Origin: a virus
Taxonomy: Duplodnaviria; Caudoviricetes
DNA length: 64,000 bases
IMG/VR virus record: IMGVR_UViG_3300048672_000970
Coordinates: 96,001 to 160,000 of that record
Reading direction: 5' to 3' (one strand)
Below the pieces are notes generated by a model. That model was not told the origin of the DNA. It saw only the letters and a program-made list of their open reading frames with translations, and searched no databases. The stretch's first letter is position 1. Every line of letters starts with the position of its first letter. This document shows positions 1 to 8,781 of the stretch, one piece after another. Made by a program: the position numbers and the translations under genes.

Positions 1-146
1 AAATTCGTGTAATGGCGAAGGATTGGGATGAATCGACTTTAAGACGGATTAAACATCTGGCGTTTAGCGGCGGGATGTCAAGTACGCCGAACTACTCCTA
101 TCCAGAGCATGTTGTAGACCTGCTGACTCGTGAAAAGTTGATTTAA
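1..146 (+). CDS. partial hypothetical protein (5' end outside window)
   Basis: Frame 3 open from the window start to TAA at 144-146 (...IRVMAKDWDES...REKLI*); not in ORF track. Confidence 0.5.
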   Translation, partial: IRVMAKDWDESTLRRIKHLAFSGGMSSTPNYSYPEHVVDLLTREKLI

Positions 147-150
147 CCCC

Positions 151-179
151 TTGTGTTTCCCTCGATAGTCTTTTACAAT
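151..179 (+). promoter_or_regulatory. sigma70-like early promoter
   Basis: TTGTGT-N17-TACAAT upstream of ORF 214. Confidence 0.45.
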
Positions 180-213
180 AACGTCCATCAACAACTTTGC
201 GAGGAACCGAATC

Positions 214-525
214 ATGATTACTGCACATCTGGCCGACTACCTGCACAATGAGGTGGACGTTTGTAAGCTGACCACAGCAAAGCTGGCCGCCAATATTGAC
301 CATTTCCTATCAGCGGATGTTGATGGGACGGTTGAACTGATGGACAATCTGCTGTCTTCGTTTGAGAACCGGGTACGAAACAATATCGACAAGGTATGGT
401 CTTTCTGCCATGAACAGGGGTATCATCTTTCAACCGTCAACATCTTTTCTGAAGATGGTATTGCGAAGGTAATGCTAGTTTGGAATGATGAATGGATTGA
501 ACAGTTCAATCTGTCCGATTTTTGA
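214..525 (+). CDS. hypothetical protein
   Basis: ORF with GAGG RBS; no recognisable motif. Confidence 0.7.
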   Translation: MITAHLADYLHNEVDVCKLTTAKLAANIDHFLSADVDGTVELMDNLLSSFENRVRNNIDKVWSFCHEQGYHLSTVNIFSEDGIAKVMLVWNDEWIEQFNLSDF

Positions 526-531
526 GTAATG

Positions 532-540
532 TGTTATACT
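532..540 (+). promoter_or_regulatory. extended -10 early promoter
   Basis: TGTTATACT upstream of AGGAG RBS and ORF 571. Confidence 0.5.
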
Positions 541-570
541 CCTACAACAAAAATTACATAGGAGTATAAC

Positions 571-837
571 ATGTGGAAAGTAGCAGAATTGACTGAGGTT
601 TCAAAGGGCATTTTTTCAAAGCATTTTTATGGTGGGCAAGTATTTTGCAGAGAGTATGAATACATGCCAGGAAGGAAGAAAGTTTTGATTACGCCGAGAA
701 TTGCTGAAACCTCAGTGAAAGTGCTTTCAGCCGTATTAGCCAAAAACTTTTACAACATCGTCGGAGATACAACGCCTGAACAGCAGGAGAAACTGATTGC
801 ATTAGAGCAAGTGTTCGTTAATAGCGGTCGATTATAA
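571..837 (+). CDS. hypothetical protein
   Basis: AGGAG RBS, clean ORF. Confidence 0.75.
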   Translation: MWKVAELTEVSKGIFSKHFYGGQVFCREYEYMPGRKKVLITPRIAETSVKVLSAVLAKNFYNIVGDTTPEQQEKLIALEQVFVNSGRL

Positions 838-850
838 GGAGAATAGAGAC

Positions 851-1093
851 ATGCACCATCTTGAGTTTCATCTAAAAAGTGCCATTGATAAAGTGGTCGT
901 CATTTTGTGGGTTATAGCCATGATGGTGTGTGTTTTAGACTTATTGGTTTTTAAATTCGTCCCCGGATTAGCGGCCATCGTGTTAATGGTCAACGGAATT
1001 TCCGGTAGTTCTTGGTGTTTTATCAAGAAGTACCTCTATGATAAAGAAGAAACGCAGACAGAAAAAACACCAACTGACCGCAACGGTCTTTGA
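851..1093 (+). CDS. hypothetical membrane protein
   Basis: AGGAG RBS; two hydrophobic segments. Confidence 0.7.
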   Translation: MHHLEFHLKSAIDKVVVILWVIAMMVCVLDLLVFKFVPGLAAIVLMVNGISGSSWCFIKKYLYDKEETQTEKTPTDRNGL

Positions 1094-1364
1094 TAAGAAA
1101 GGCAATGTGTTGAGCATTGCCGGCAATAGTTTTTCCAAAACCCATCCTGAACAGAAACGATTAGCGTATCGGTGTGGCTTACACCATAAAATTTTCCTCC
1201 ACGCGGAAATCGCGGCGCTTATCAAAGTAAGAAATGGAACACCGTACAAGATAAAAGTTGAACGGTATGATAATTGTGGCAATCCGGTGTTAGCAAAACC
1301 GTGCCCAATTTGCGAGCTGGCTATCAAAGAAGCCGGCATTAAATTCGTTGAATACACCATGTAA
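1038..1364 (+). CDS. cytidine/dCMP deaminase-like zinc-binding protein
   Basis: HAE motif (LHAEIAAL) and PCxxC motif (KPCPIC). Confidence 0.8.
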   Translation: MIKKKRRQKKHQLTATVFDKKGNVLSIAGNSFSKTHPEQKRLAYRCGLHHKIFLHAEIAALIKVRNGTPYKIKVERYDNCGNPVLAKPCPICELAIKEAGIKFVEYTM

Positions 1365-1369
1365 GGAAA

Positions 1370-1774
1370 ATGATGAATCTCATTCAAACCCTGAAAATTG
1401 AACTGTTCACCCATCGACGTGCTAATAACGTCGTTGCCCGGAACCTGCTAACCACCCTGATTGGTGAAGCTGAAATGGTCGGCAAGAACGCCGGTAATCG
1501 AGAAACGACAGACGCAGAAGTAATCGCCATTGTTAAAAAGTTCATTGACAAGAATCGTGAATTTGCACAACTGGCGGGTGATTCTGACGTGCTGAAAGAA
1601 GAACTGGACATCCTGCAAAAGATTATGCCACCGCAACTGAGTTATAACGAATTGGTTGCCATCTTCCAAGAACTGAACGCGATGAATCTTGGCGAGGCGA
1701 TGAAATGGCTCAAACAAAATTATCCCGGCCGCTATGACGGCAAAGAGGCCAAGAAGGCTTTTGAGGCACAATGA
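1370..1774 (+). CDS. GatB/YqeY domain protein
   Basis: LLTTLIGE...TDAEVIAIVKKFI...EELDIL..MPPQLS pattern typical of the YqeY family. Confidence 0.75.
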   Translation: MMNLIQTLKIELFTHRRANNVVARNLLTTLIGEAEMVGKNAGNRETTDAEVIAIVKKFIDKNREFAQLAGDSDVLKEELDILQKIMPPQLSYNELVAIFQELNAMNLGEAMKWLKQNYPGRYDGKEAKKAFEAQ

Positions 1775-2367
1775 TGCGTTCAGTAGTCATCAACCTATTC
1801 GCCGGCCCTGGAGCTGGTAAATCAACCACTGCGGCTCGTTTGTTTTCATCCCTGAAGCTGCTGGGTAAGAATGCTGAACTGGTGCAGGAATTTGCCAAAG
1901 GGGCTGTGTGGGAAAAGCGAAGTCAAAAGCTGTTTGCTTGCCAACCGTATATCACAGGTAAACAAATTTGGCAACAGGCTCGGCTAGCCGATGAAGTGGA
2001 ATTCATGGTATCCGATTCGCCGATTCTGCTAGGGCTGGCTTATATTTCTGACGATGAACCCTCCGAGTATAAATCAGCTTTCCAGACGGTTTTGCTTCAC
2101 GAGTTCAATCGCCATACCAACATCAATTTCTTCATCAAGCGGGCCAAAGCTTATAACCCGAAAGGACGGAATCAAACTGAGCAGGAAGCGATTGAGAAGG
2201 ATAATGAAGTGAAAGCATTCCTGAATTCTCTTAACATTCCGTTCATTGAAATTTCGGGCGATGCTTCGGCGGACATGCAAATTATCGACCACCTTATTTT
2301 GAAGGGCGTTATCAATGAAGTAAATAATGGAAACACCCTCCATTATGAAACTTCGCCAAATTATTGA
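1771..2367 (+). CDS. NadR-like AAA/P-loop kinase
   Basis: INLFAGPGAGKST Walker A; SDSPILL; RNQTEQEA. Confidence 0.75.
   Translation: MMRSVVINLFAGPGAGKSTTAARLFSSLKLLGKNAELVQEFAKGAVWEKRSQKLFACQPYITGKQIWQQARLADEVEFMVSDSPILLGLAYISDDEPSEYKSAFQTVLLHEFNRHTNINFFIKRAKAYNPKGRNQTEQEAIEKDNEVKAFLNSLNIPFIEISGDASADMQIIDHLILKGVINEVNNGNTLHYETSPNY
2321..2326 (+). promoter_or_regulatory. late promoter motif TAAATA
   Basis: TAAATA 19 nt upstream of the MKLRQIIE start; another at 3162-3167 before the paralog. Confidence 0.5.
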
Positions 2368-3196
2368 GTCACCTATTCCTGACGCCGACCCCCTGAATGA
2401 TTTCTATCATCATTCAGGGAGTTTTTCATTTCGTGAAAACATCGGCCGTTTCAAGAAACGATTTCCGATTATTGGGCAAGGGTCATCGAGAGTAGTTTTC
2501 TCCGCACCAATCGATATCAGTTGGTTGAAAGCAAATGATATAGAGAAGGTTGGTAACAAACAAACCGGCATTAAAACCGCCATCAAACTAGCTAAAAATG
2601 CTAAAGGCTTATTTCAGAACGCGGAAGAACTGCGTATCTATGAAATAGCAAAACACATGGGTAAAGAAAGGTTCCTATGCCCTATCATCGATTGGGCTGG
2701 TAATCCAGCTTATAAGAATGATATCGTTTATACCATTTCCAGTGGGCATGATTTTGAAGCGAAGAATGGTTCTAGAAAAGCTCCATTCTGGCTCCAAATG
2801 CCGCAGGTGGTATCTCCATCTGTATCCACCTTCGATAAGTTTTTCAGCAAGCAATTTGGTTTTGTGCCAGAGTTTAGTTTGACTGAATATAATTACATGT
2901 CATCCGATGAGGCTCATGCTGAAATGGCGGCGGATGTATATGCACAGGCGTGCGACCAGTTTTCTAGCACGAAAGAGCAAGAGGATGAATTTGCCGATTT
3001 CCTTTCGTTAGCTAACGCAGTATTTGGTACAGGAATCGTAGACATGAACAACCCCGCTAATTGGGGCATTTTAGATGGGAAGCTGGTCATCATCGATTTC
3101 GGATATTCGGAAGACGTGCAGGATACTTATTCCGGGCATGTCAACATGGAAACTGCCGTTGTAAATAACGAAATAGTTATAAGTATTGAAGAATGA
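2345..3196 (+). CDS. atypical Ser/Thr protein kinase-like protein (paralog 1)
   Basis: GQGSSRVVF Gly loop, AIKLAK lysine, NAEE, DMNNPANWG, IIDFG; start moved from 2327 to MKLRQIIE at 2345. Confidence 0.7.
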   Translation: MKLRQIIESPIPDADPLNDFYHHSGSFSFRENIGRFKKRFPIIGQGSSRVVFSAPIDISWLKANDIEKVGNKQTGIKTAIKLAKNAKGLFQNAEELRIYEIAKHMGKERFLCPIIDWAGNPAYKNDIVYTISSGHDFEAKNGSRKAPFWLQMPQVVSPSVSTFDKFFSKQFGFVPEFSLTEYNYMSSDEAHAEMAADVYAQACDQFSSTKEQEDEFADFLSLANAVFGTGIVDMNNPANWGILDGKLVIIDFGYSEDVQDTYSGHVNMETAVVNNEIVISIEE

Positions 3197-3999
3197 AACT
3201 GCGCGCATTGTTAGAAACTCCCATTGATGATGGGGCAGAAATGCACACGACTAAATCTTGGTTTTCATCTCACACCAAGATGGATTTCAAGAAGACCACT
3301 AAATCATTTTCAAAAACCTACCAAGTATTAGGAAAGGGGTCATCAAGAATTGCTTTCTCAGCCCCTATGAATATTGATGTATTCAAAGCCGATGATTTAA
3401 CGAACGTTAGTCAAAAAGATGGCAAAGCTGATACAGTCATCAAACTGGCATTCAATGAAAAAGGATTGGCTCAAAACATTGAAGAACTGAAACTATGGCA
3501 TCTGGCGAAACAACTTGGGCATGAGACGTTACTTTGCCCTATCATTGATTGGGCCGGTAATCCAGCGTATAAGAATGATACGAAGTACGTTATCGACGGG
3601 CAAAACTTTGCGGCGAAGAACGGAGATAAGAAAGCCCCTTTTTGGATTCAGTTGGCGGCGGTAAAACAGTTAACGTCCGACGCACAATTGTCCAAACTTT
3701 TTGAAGATGAGTTTGGGTTTTCAATCGAAGAACTTCGCTTACTAGCTCTGCACGCTAAACAAACTGGTAAAAAGAATTATACCAAGTCGAATGCCAGCGA
3801 GTTTTTACGGATGTGCGATTCACTCAAAATGTCGGCGGGTGATTTATTCGCGTATGAAAATTGGGGATTGCTGAAAGGTAATTTAGTTATTATCGACTAC
3901 GGTCTAACAGATGCCAATGAACACTTGTACGATTCGGAGGCGGGAGATGTTAAAATCTATTCCTCCGTTGAAAACGGAGAAGTCACTATAAGGATTTGA
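3193..3999 (+). CDS. atypical Ser/Thr protein kinase-like protein (paralog 2)
   Basis: GKGSSRIAF, VIKLAF, NIEE, ENWG, IIDYG; shares LCPIIDWAGNPAYKND with paralog 1. Confidence 0.7.
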   Translation: MKLRALLETPIDDGAEMHTTKSWFSSHTKMDFKKTTKSFSKTYQVLGKGSSRIAFSAPMNIDVFKADDLTNVSQKDGKADTVIKLAFNEKGLAQNIEELKLWHLAKQLGHETLLCPIIDWAGNPAYKNDTKYVIDGQNFAAKNGDKKAPFWIQLAAVKQLTSDAQLSKLFEDEFGFSIEELRLLALHAKQTGKKNYTKSNASEFLRMCDSLKMSAGDLFAYENWGLLKGNLVIIDYGLTDANEHLYDSEAGDVKIYSSVENGEVTIRI

Positions 4000-4002
4000 A
4001 AG

Positions 4003-4797
4003 ATGCGTACAATTATTGCTGGGTCGAGAACAGTTACTAACTATGGGGCGTTAACTCACGCCCTCCGATATGTTGATTGGGAAATCACTGAAGTGGTGTC
4101 AGGTACTGCAAATGGCGCGGACAAACTCGGCGAGCAATATGTGTATCAGCGGGATTTGATGTGTAAGAAATTTCCGGCCGATTGGGATAGGTATGGAAAA
4201 CGCGCGGGGATGATGAGAAATCAGAAGATGGCTGGATACGCAAACGCTTTAATCGCGCTCTGGGACATGAAATCAGCCGGGCCAGCTAACATGATAGGTC
4301 TGGCCGAAGAAATGGGCCTGAAGGTCGTTATCATGCCTTGCATCCTTGGATTTCAGGATGAATTCAGATGGTTGAGTAATTTTGCACCATGCGGTATCGA
4401 AATGGATGGCGACCGTTATCCATCAGTTGAACATGCCTATCAAGCTGCTAAAATGCCGGCAGGGTATCACCGTGAGCAAATTAAATTTCGGTCTGCAGGC
4501 GCTGCTAAAAAATATGTGCAGCAACCATCGGTGTGCCGATTACTTGACCCAGAATGGCATTCATATAAAATAGATATCATGCTCGATTGCTTGATGCAAA
4601 AATATACGGATGGTATCTATTATGAATTACTTCTAGCTACAGAAAATTATTACATCGAGGAAACTAACGCCTGGAAAGACACGTTCTGGGGAGTTTATAA
4701 CGGCCGAGGGAAAAATGTGTTGGGTGAAATGATCATGGCAATCCGGGATGAGCTTGCAGCCATGCAGTCGGATGTGCTACAATGCAGTCATTGCTAA
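4003..4797 (+). CDS. SLOG (YspA/DUF2493-like) - NADAR (YbiA-like) fusion protein
   Basis: N-half IIAGSR...VVSGTANGADKLGE...FPADW..YGKRAG..RNQKM; C-half WLSNF...YPSVEHAYQAAK...EETNAWKDTFWG..NGRGKNVLGEMIMAIR. Confidence 0.85.
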   Translation: MRTIIAGSRTVTNYGALTHALRYVDWEITEVVSGTANGADKLGEQYVYQRDLMCKKFPADWDRYGKRAGMMRNQKMAGYANALIALWDMKSAGPANMIGLAEEMGLKVVIMPCILGFQDEFRWLSNFAPCGIEMDGDRYPSVEHAYQAAKMPAGYHREQIKFRSAGAAKKYVQQPSVCRLLDPEWHSYKIDIMLDCLMQKYTDGIYYELLLATENYYIEETNAWKDTFWGVYNGRGKNVLGEMIMAIRDELAAMQSDVLQCSHC

Positions 4798-4813
4798 CTT
4801 CTAGAGGATCAAC

Positions 4814-5362
4814 ATGGCTACGTCTTTTTTCATTTCCGACCTGCACTTTGGTCACGAAAACGCCATTCGGACATTTATGCGGGAAGACGGAACGAAGCTT
4901 CGCAATTTTTCGTCAGTTGAAGAAATGAACGAATTCATCATTGACCGCATTAACTCAGTTGTCAAGCCGAATGACCATCTTAACATCGTTGGTGATTTGG
5001 CAATGAGCAAAAAGTATATCTACCTCGCTGGCCGTCTGAACGGACATAAGCGGCTGGTGCTTGGCAATCATGACATTTTTAACATGGAGCTGTACGCACC
5101 ATATTTTGAAAAGATTGTGGGTTATCGTCAGTTTGACAAAGACATCATTGTCAGTCATATCCCCGTCCATCCGAGTCAACTTGAACAACGGTTCAAGTTC
5201 AACATTCATGGACATCTGCATGATAAAAATGTGCGGCATGCTAATCTTTTTACCGATGTCCGTTATTTCAATGTCTCTTGTGATAACGACCTTATGCAGT
5301 ATGTCCCTAAGAGTCTGGAAGAACTGAAAGAGATTGCATACAATAGGGGGATTGACCTGTGA
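4814..5362 (+). CDS. calcineurin-like metallophosphoesterase
   Basis: SDLHFGH, VGDL, LGNHD, SHIP, IHGHLH motifs. Confidence 0.9.
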   Translation: MATSFFISDLHFGHENAIRTFMREDGTKLRNFSSVEEMNEFIIDRINSVVKPNDHLNIVGDLAMSKKYIYLAGRLNGHKRLVLGNHDIFNMELYAPYFEKIVGYRQFDKDIIVSHIPVHPSQLEQRFKFNIHGHLHDKNVRHANLFTDVRYFNVSCDNDLMQYVPKSLEELKEIAYNRGIDL

Positions 5363-5694
5363 ATTTCACGATTGCTAAAATTTGTTTAGTTATTGGCCTG
5401 TTAGGTATTGCCTATGTTAATGGCAAAAAGTTTGGCATTGCCGAACAGGCGATGGTTACTCATCGAGTGCAAGCCGAATATGATGCTTACCGACTTGAAC
5501 AAGAGTCGGCGATGAATGAACTACAAGCCAAAGCAAATGAGCAAGTAGCAATTGCAGACATGGCTAGTATCAAAAAGTCGGCGACCATTACTAAAATCGT
5601 TACGCAATTTGTTGACCGGCCGCCCGAACCTACGGAATGCTTTTTGTCTTCGCCGGCCATCAAAACCCTTAACGAATTGATTGCCATTCCATGA
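5359..5694 (+). CDS. putative inner-membrane spanin (Rz-like)
   Basis: N-terminal TM helix plus coiled coil; overlaps a downstream lipoprotein gene. Confidence 0.65.
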   Translation: MNFTIAKICLVIGLLGIAYVNGKKFGIAEQAMVTHRVQAEYDAYRLEQESAMNELQAKANEQVAIADMASIKKSATITKIVTQFVDRPPEPTECFLSSPAIKTLNELIAIP

Positions 5695-5951
5695 AATACA
5701 TATTAGCTGTTTTACTTTCCATTTTAGCGGGATGTGCATCACCAGTAAAAGCACCCGTGCAAGTAGTTTTACCCGTTAAGAAACTATCGATAAATCCTGA
5801 ACTGACTAAACCTTGTGTGCCATATACCACACCATTACAGCACGGCACTGAAGCAGAGTTGGTCATTTGGGTTGGAAATCTGGTAAAATCCTATTCTGAT
5901 TGTGCTATCATGCATGAAGCACTTGTAACTACATTAAAGGAGTATCAATGA
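5691..5951 (+). CDS. putative outer-membrane spanin lipoprotein (Rz1-like)
   Basis: Signal peptide with lipobox LAGC, Pro-rich body, 4-bp overlap with the i-spanin. Confidence 0.7.
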   Translation: MKYILAVLLSILAGCASPVKAPVQVVLPVKKLSINPELTKPCVPYTTPLQHGTEAELVIWVGNLVKSYSDCAIMHEALVTTLKEYQ

Positions 5952-6211
5952 GCGAAAATGAACAAGTAAAGCGGTCGCGTGGTCGTCCACGCAAGATTCG
6001 TCCAGAAGACGCCAATGCGGCGAAGATAGATGCATTTAACGTCTTTTGCGAACAGCTTCACTTCGCTTATGATTTTGGGCAAGACACTAAACCGTTCTTT
6101 GTTCGGTTAGTCAACTATGCGAAAGAGGTGTCAGATACTGGTAAAGAATCTGAACAAGATTATCAATCGCGGCTTGATGCCGCATTCAAGAAATTCATTG
6201 GAGATTTTTAA
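5948..6211 (+). CDS. hypothetical protein with AT-hook-like motif
   Basis: KRSRGRPRK near the N-terminus. Confidence 0.6.
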   Translation: MSENEQVKRSRGRPRKIRPEDANAAKIDAFNVFCEQLHFAYDFGQDTKPFFVRLVNYAKEVSDTGKESEQDYQSRLDAAFKKFIGDF

Positions 6212-6447
6212 TGACTGCGTATAACGACATTACTGGTGATGCAATTCAATCGAAGCTGGCTACTGAAGCTTATGTTTCAAATCATGCATCCATTTTTACT
6301 CAGAAGCGTGAGCAATGGTTTTACCATTCGTCGAATGGTAAGGTTCCGTGTGAAGTGATTGGTCGAACTGGTGCTGATTTTATTATCAAGGTGGGCGAAG
6401 AATCTGTTACTGTGCCGTTCAGTCTTTTATCAAAGGAACGACTATGA
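6211..6447 (+). CDS. hypothetical protein
   Basis: GGAG RBS, coupled ORF. Confidence 0.7.
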   Translation: MTAYNDITGDAIQSKLATEAYVSNHASIFTQKREQWFYHSSNGKVPCEVIGRTGADFIIKVGEESVTVPFSLLSKERL

Positions 6448-7322
6448 TTCATACTCTAGAGCAAAATCATAACGGGCGAGATTTCGTGGTTGGAGATTTG
6501 CATGGCAATTATGACATGTTCATGGCTGGCCTTGATTTCTTAAAATTTGACCCGGCGAATGATCGGGTCATTTCGGTGGGTGATGTAATCGATCGTGGCC
6601 CGAAGTCGATGGAGTGCCTGCAATTGAATTTCCAGCCGTGGTTCCGCCAAATCAAAGGTAATCATGAGCATCTGATGATGCAAGCTGTCAAGCATGAAGG
6701 GCATCGTGATTTGTTCTTTTATAACGGCGGTGAATGGGCGATGGAATATCTGGGCGAGATTTATCGGAATGAAGTTTATCTAGATGAATCTGCCGACCTG
6801 CTCGCTTTAACGGCCATCCTAGAGTCTGCACCAGATGTTATTCGTATGAAGGTAAATGGCGAATGGAAATACATCGTTCATGCGGAATTGCCGTATTATC
6901 GACCAATCACCGCATATTCTGATACAGCCGAATATCAGACTAAATGGACGGATGAGTTGATGGCGTCAGAATGCATTAACGATATTTTGATGACTAAAGA
7001 TTCTTCTGGGTCATTACCGATTACTTGGGATAGAAACATTTGGCGGCAAATTGCTTGGACTGAACTAACACCCGTTCGTCTAAACGGTTTGCGTGCCGTT
7101 TTTGATGAATACATTGCCCCGCATATTGGTGAGCAGTTTGGCACGGTAATTTCTGGTCATACCATTCTACGAGAGCCTGTCAGATTACCTCATCATGTAA
7201 ATATCGACACTGGTGCATTTATGCCGTCTGGAAATCTAACGTTCCTTGAACTAGGAACAGACCGTGTTTTCAGTGTGGACAAACAGAACAATGTGCGAGA
7301 AACCGTTTTTAGGGAAGCATGA
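6444..7322 (+). CDS. Ser/Thr protein phosphatase (lambda NinI/PphA-like)
   Basis: VGDLHG, VGDVIDRGP, KGNHE, SGHT, NIDTGA. Confidence 0.9.
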   Translation: MIHTLEQNHNGRDFVVGDLHGNYDMFMAGLDFLKFDPANDRVISVGDVIDRGPKSMECLQLNFQPWFRQIKGNHEHLMMQAVKHEGHRDLFFYNGGEWAMEYLGEIYRNEVYLDESADLLALTAILESAPDVIRMKVNGEWKYIVHAELPYYRPITAYSDTAEYQTKWTDELMASECINDILMTKDSSGSLPITWDRNIWRQIAWTELTPVRLNGLRAVFDEYIAPHIGEQFGTVISGHTILREPVRLPHHVNIDTGAFMPSGNLTFLELGTDRVFSVDKQNNVRETVFREA

Positions 7323-7549
7323 TTACTGAACTTGAATTTAGTGATTGCCAATGGGACATCATTGAAGCATACGCTGCAGATGAAATTGATGAGCTGGGTG
7401 TAGACCCTGACGAATACAAACGGCTAATCAAATTTGTCAATGAAACTTACCCCGGCCATATAATCGTGTCGGCAGACCTTGATTTAGAAATTGGAGTATG
7501 GAGAATAGAGCATGAAAAAGCGAACAAAGAAAATCGAGAAGCCGGGTAA
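7319..7549 (+). CDS. hypothetical acidic protein
   Basis: Translationally coupled ORF. Confidence 0.65.
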   Translation: MITELEFSDCQWDIIEAYAADEIDELGVDPDEYKRLIKFVNETYPGHIIVSADLDLEIGVWRIEHEKANKENREAG

Positions 7550-7599
7550 AAATCATGCGGCAGCTCGGGTAGTGAACGACATTCTTCGGGCAAAGAAAG

Positions 7600-8031
7600 G
7601 TGGTAAAATGGCGGACAAGCGGAAGGAGCCAAACGATGCTTTCTTTCATTGAAGAATTGCAAAACGAATGCACAACCGTTTTATCCAATGCGCTTCTTAA
7701 CAAAGAAGTGTTTGCTTTTGGCGTGGATGGATATGGGAAATATGGCAAGTCATCAAGTGCTTTTTATTTCACAATCTCCAATGTCAATGTTTCCATCGAT
7801 GCGGATAATGACGATGATTTGCCGCCAGCGGTGCTAACAATCGTTCTGGATAACTATTCTTGTTTAACGTGTGGTGATATTTGCACTGACCAAAATTTTC
7901 AGCATGCGCTAAATAATTTACTTTCATCAGCCAAGATTAAAACGGATTGTTGGTCTTGGATGCCGATTGGACAGCAAGGCGGGAACTATGTTCAGCTTTG
8001 GCTAGATGTTCGGAAACTGATGAATCTGTGA
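7600..8031 (+). CDS. hypothetical protein
   Basis: ORF; true start may be ATG 7636 (AAGGAG RBS). Confidence 0.65.
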   Translation: MVKWRTSGRSQTMLSFIEELQNECTTVLSNALLNKEVFAFGVDGYGKYGKSSSAFYFTISNVNVSIDADNDDDLPPAVLTIVLDNYSCLTCGDICTDQNFQHALNNLLSSAKIKTDCWSWMPIGQQGGNYVQLWLDVRKLMNL

Positions 8032-8103
8032 GGGGATTCCCTCAAAACCGGGTTGCCGAAAGGAACCCAAATTTCAACCTAACTTGCTTTTAAGGAGTTT
8101 TAC
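8030..8103 (+). promoter_or_regulatory. ROSE-like RNA thermometer 5' UTR
   Basis: Three hairpins (8030-8043, 8050-8068, 8081-8099); the last, AACUUGCU-UUUA-AGGAGUU, pairs UUGCU with the AGGA SD and leaves a bulged G; lies upstream of a small heat-shock gene. Confidence 0.7.
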
Positions 8104-8508
8104 ATGTCTGATTTCCAAGCTATTGTTTCTAGTATTTTCAACGAATTTGACCGCGCCAGTGGTCATTCATTCCCTCCGACTAATTGCTATCGGCAGGAAA
8201 ACGGTTTTCTGATTGAGCTGGCTGTAGCTGGCTATCCGAAGGCCGGATTGAAGGTTGTGCATGACAAAGCACGCGAGACGCTTACCGTCTCCTACACCAC
8301 CCCAGAAGGGCTTGAAAAGGCCGAGAAGGGTGAACTGCAGCGCGGCTCATCTATCGCTCAACGCGAGTTCGTTCGGCGCTGGTCAACTGCCGCAGAGTAT
8401 GACCGTTATGACCTTGAAGATACCTCCCTTGTTGATGGTATTCTTTCAATGAAGCTGGTCAAGCGGCCGGAAAACCCGGAGCAAAAGCGCACGGTAACGT
8501 TCGATTAA
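8104..8508 (+). CDS. small heat shock protein Hsp20 (IbpA-like)
   Basis: FPPTN...IELAVAGY...IAQREFVRRW...LVDGIL alpha-crystallin pattern. Confidence 0.85.
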   Translation: MSDFQAIVSSIFNEFDRASGHSFPPTNCYRQENGFLIELAVAGYPKAGLKVVHDKARETLTVSYTTPEGLEKAEKGELQRGSSIAQREFVRRWSTAAEYDRYDLEDTSLVDGILSMKLVKRPENPEQKRTVTFD

Positions 8509-8510
8509 CA

Positions 8511-8530
8511 AAAGGGGCTTCGGCCCCTTT
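8511..8530 (+). terminator. intrinsic terminator
   Basis: AAAGGGGC-TTCG-GCCCCTTT. Confidence 0.8.
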
Positions 8531-8543
8531 AGCATTTACTATC

Positions 8544-8753
8544 ATGAGTTATTCAATCAAAGACATCGCTAAAGATTTTCTGCGTGGTAAATTACCAGTT
8601 ATCACCCAAGAAGAAATTGCCGTAGAACGCATGAAAGTCTGTAACGACTGTTCGTACAAAACTAAATTATCGAATCAATGTTCGCTGTGCCATTGCTTTC
8701 TCGACCTGAAAACAAAACTTGTTCAATCATCTTGCCCGATTGACAAGTGGTAA
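8544..8753 (+). CDS. small Cys-rich zinc-binding protein (DUF6171-like)
   Basis: R..VCNDC...CSLCHCFL..KTKL..SSCP.DKW. Confidence 0.65.
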   Translation: MSYSIKDIAKDFLRGKLPVITQEEIAVERMKVCNDCSYKTKLSNQCSLCHCFLDLKTKLVQSSCPIDKW

Positions 8754-8781
8754 ATAATGGCTAACAAGTAAAATACTCCAT

